Assembly (NCBI RefSeq): GCF_036971445.1 | Contig: NC_091477.1 | Span: 4,836,001-4,900,000 of the forward strand | DNA: 64,000 nt | Direction of reading: 5' to 3' | DNA from: Narcine bancroftii | Taxonomy: Eukaryota | Part shown: in pieces, positions 61,113 through 64,000 of the stretch | Numbering within the stretch: position 1 is the stretch's first letter | How the letters are laid out: every line of letters begins with the position of its first letter | The notes under the pieces: generated by a model | What the model saw: only the letters and a program-made list of their open reading frames with translations | What the model was told of the DNA's origin: nothing | The model's database searches: none | Position numbers and translations under genes: made by a program

Positions 61113-61981
61113 TTCGTCTGCACAGAATGTGAATTGACCAGACAATTTGCCCACAAGTCAAAGAATGTAAAATGGTATTACTGCGTAATGAATTGAATCC
61201 AAACAACTCGGTCTAAAATTACGCACGGCCGTCATAGCTCTAAAATAAAATATAATTCTTTTATTTCCATTCTATCCTTACAAGATTTAGCATCCCCGAT
61301 GATATCGCCAGAGTAAAATTGAAGTCAAGATGATATTTTCCTTTCTCAACATTATGGATCTCCCTGTAGAATGAAGGAAAGGTGATGGCATTTTGGTGCT
61401 CGAATTCACTGCAATGATTCTCGCTTGTAGCATTTTTTCGAAAATCCATGTTGTGTTGAATCTGGGTTGAGATAGACAATATAATAAGAATGGTGATTTC
61501 TTCTCTTAATCCAACAAGAGGCCCGCAGCGCTTTTTAACTGCAAAAACATGAAAAATGCCTATTAATGAGTGCATGGATAAAAACGTATTTTCTTCATTT
61601 TTGGTGTTACAAATCCGATTCCCCTTACAAGTCTTATTAGAGTCTTGCCTCCAGTCGAGATTCCTTCATTCTTTAGAATTAAGCGGTGCATTCAGGTTAC
61701 AAGAAGCAGACCATCGCCGACTCTGCACATGGTGTTGTTTAGGAGCAAATGACTAGGTAAGCGTCAGTTGGAATTGTTGAATCTTTTTTGAAAGTATTTC
61801 TTTTTATAGATCTTTACAATTTTTTTCCCAAGCGATCGGTAGACTTTTCAATCAATCAGTGAGTAATAACGGACATACATAGTTTTCGAATTATGCGCTT
61901 TTCAGAAATGTATTTCAAAATCGGACGTAATTTTTCATTGAGCATTTTGGAATATTTGTGAAGTAAAATGTAAACGAGCAT

Positions 61982-62071
61982 GCTTTAAGACAAGCACTGT
62001 GCGGTCGTTGCTGCCTCCCATTGTGGCGTTCTCTACCAATAAGAAACGATGACGTCGCAAGGGATCTACCC
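61982..62071 (+). promoter_or_regulatory. Clustered protocadherin promoter with variant CSE (CGTT)
   Basis: TGGCGTTCTCTACCAAT at 62024-62040. GCTTTAAG at 61982, GATCTACCC at 62063. Confidence 0.8.
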
Positions 62072-62254
62072 ACACCATAATTATCAAACACAGTCCAGAA
62101 TCTCCGACAAAGAGACGATGTGACTGGGCTAACAACATGAGACAAGCGAAGTCCTGTTTGTTTGATGAGTTGATTTACACCCTTGGTCGGGTCGAACGAG
62201 GTAAACGAATCGAGTGCTTCTGAATAGGATGCAGATACATTGTATATTCAAGCA

Positions 62255-64000
62255 ATGGCGAATGCGCATTGCACCGAAGCATATTTGTTATATTCAATTT
62301 TTCTCGCCAGCTTGGTTCTTGGACAAATAAATTACTCCATTCCCGAGGAATCGGAAATCGGATCCTTTACCGGAAACATTGCTGAAGATTTGGGGATAAA
62401 GCTTCGTGAACTATCCGACCGAAGGCCGCAACTGCTCCAACGTGAGACGAATCATTATTTCGAGTTCAATATGCAAAACGGAATTCTATTTGTCAGCAAA
62501 AGAATCGACAGGGAAATGCTTTGCTTGGAGGTCTCTATCTGTTCTATATCGTTAGATATTGTGCTGGAAAACCCATATGAAATATTTCCCCTTGAAGTGG
62601 AGATATTAGATATAAATGACAACTCACCGATTTTCCCAACCGACGTTATTTCTTTGCAGCTCCCTGAAATACTTGCTCCGGGAGTCCGCTTCCCTCTCGA
62701 GAGCGCGCATGACCGAGATGTTGGTTCATACTCCATCGCCAGTTACCATCTTAGTCATAATGAATTTTTCAGCCTTCAAATTCAGGAAAGAAAAGATGGA
62801 AGAAAAATCGCTGAACTGCTTTTGGAGAAATCCTTAGACCGCGAAAAGAATCCGTCTTTTGAATTAATATTGACGGCTGAAGATGGTGGGATCCCATCAA
62901 ATTCCGGTACGAGTAAGATTTTTATTACTGTTACAGACATAAATGATAACGCACCTGTTTTCGATCAAGACATTTATAAGTTAAGCGTGTTAGAAAATGC
63001 ACGACTTGGTATGTTACTGATCACATTAAACGCTATTGATTTAGACGAAGGCCCAAACGCCGAGTTTAAATATTCCTTCAGTAATTATGCCTCTCAAAAG
63101 GTACGGGAGCTATTCCATTTGGATGCTAAAACAGGAGAGGTCAAAGTTCAAGGTTTACTAGATTTTGAAACTGCACACGATTATGAGCTTGATGTCCAGG
63201 CTATGGACAACCTTCCAAATGTGGGACATGCAAAGGTTCTGGTGAGCATAGTTGACGTGAATGATAATGCTCCCGACATTAAGCTGGCGTCAGTAATGAA
63301 ATCGATTCCAGAAGATGCAGCAGAAGGTATTGTCGTTGCTATTTTCGGAGTAACTGACAGGGATTCTGGAGAAAATGGGCTCGTTCGCTGTCAGATTCCT
63401 ATGGATATGCCATTTAAGCTGGAAACGACTTTTTCTAATCATTATAAGATAACGACCAGCAAGAAACTTGATCGCGAAACAATTTCACAGTACAACATAT
63501 CCATTTCGGCATACGATGCTGGAATGCCCTCTCTCACTACAATTGAAACGATCACCGTTTCAGTTTCGGACGTAAATGACAACATTCCGCAGTTTGCCCA
63601 GTCCACGTATGATGTATATCTGATGGAGAACAATGCCCCAGGCGGATCTGTTTTCTCTGTTTCCGCGTTGGATCCTGACTTAGAAAAGAATGGGGATGTC
63701 ACCTACTCTATTTTGGATAACATGCCGCAAAACCAGCTTCAGCCATCTTATTTTGCAATTAACTCGAAAAGCGGCAACATATTTGCTCTGCGTTCCTTTG
63801 ACTATGAACAATTGAAGAAGTTCCGCTTCACAATTTTAGCTCAGGATGCCGGGTCCCCGTCGCTAAGCACCACTGCTGTTGTGAGGATTATTATTTTGGA
63901 TCAAAATGACAACCCACCATTCATAATATCTCCGTCTACGTGGAACAGTTCAGCGTCATTCGCAATGGTGCCGCGTTCAATACCCCCCAGCTACTTAGTC
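62255..64000 (+). CDS. Clustered protocadherin D, 3'-partial (absent from the ORF track, presumably because it has no stop in the window)
   Basis: Manual translation MANAHCTEAYLLYSIFLASLVLGQINYSIPEESEIGSFTGNIAEDLG; CLEVSIC in EC1; DINDN, DRE, DFE and ILDQNDN motifs continue to the window end. Confidence 0.92.
   Translation, partial: MANAHCTEAYLLYSIFLASLVLGQINYSIPEESEIGSFTGNIAEDLGIKLRELSDRRPQLLQRETNHYFEFNMQNGILFVSKRIDREMLCLEVSICSISLDIVLENPYEIFPLEVEILDINDNSPIFPTDVISLQLPEILAPGVRFPLESAHDRDVGSYSIASYHLSHNEFFSLQIQERKDGRKIAELLLEKSLDREKNPSFELILTAEDGGIPSNSGTSKIFITVTDINDNAPVFDQDIYKLSVLENARLGMLLITLNAIDLDEGPNAEFKYSFSNYASQKVRELFHLDAKTGEVKVQGLLDFETAHDYELDVQAMDNLPNVGHAKVLVSIVDVNDNAPDIKLASVMKSIPEDAAEGIVVAIFGVTDRDSGENGLVRCQIPMDMPFKLETTFSNHYKITTSKKLDRETISQYNISISAYDAGMPSLTTIETITVSVSDVNDNIPQFAQSTYDVYLMENNAPGGSVFSVSALDPDLEKNGDVTYSILDNMPQNQLQPSYFAINSKSGNIFALRSFDYEQLKKFRFTILAQDAGSPSLSTTAVVRIIILDQNDNPPFIISPSTWNSSASFAMVPRSIPPSYLV

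Noticed and set aside
1-64000. CRISPR arrays, rRNA/tRNA genes or prokaryotic systems
   Set aside because: No repeat-spacer periodicity or structural RNA genes seen; the tRNA-like boxes belong to SINE heads and the DNA is vertebrate.

Overview
Vertebrate genomic DNA, probably a cartilaginous fish (inferred from protocadherin type and TE mix; species not determinable), covering part of a clustered protocadherin array. The + strand has four complete ~2.3-2.4 kb exons (9032, 17188, 31008, 35806), a fifth running off the window (62255), a shattered pseudogene (24525-27225) and an orphan promoter (15865). No constant exons are visible. Intergenic DNA is mostly decayed TEs: two L1/Tx1-type LINEs, a young RTE LINE, CR1, Penelope, SINE, LTR-like and hAT elements. 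There are two assembly gaps. Most notable: (1) all five intact promoters share a fixed layout, GCTTTAAG 42-43 bp before and GATC(T/C)A exactly 39 bp after the start of the CGCT/CCAAT element; (2) a sharply bounded ~2.9 kb apparent gene-conversion tract between two otherwise old duplicates; (3) every complete exon ends in its own stop with no shared splice donor; (4) an RTE insertion with twin-priming geometry and a TSD; (5) a composite double hAT MITE with an outer TSD; (6) two locally templated 110-140 bp insertions. All alignments and counts were done by eye. I found no clearly new gene system.
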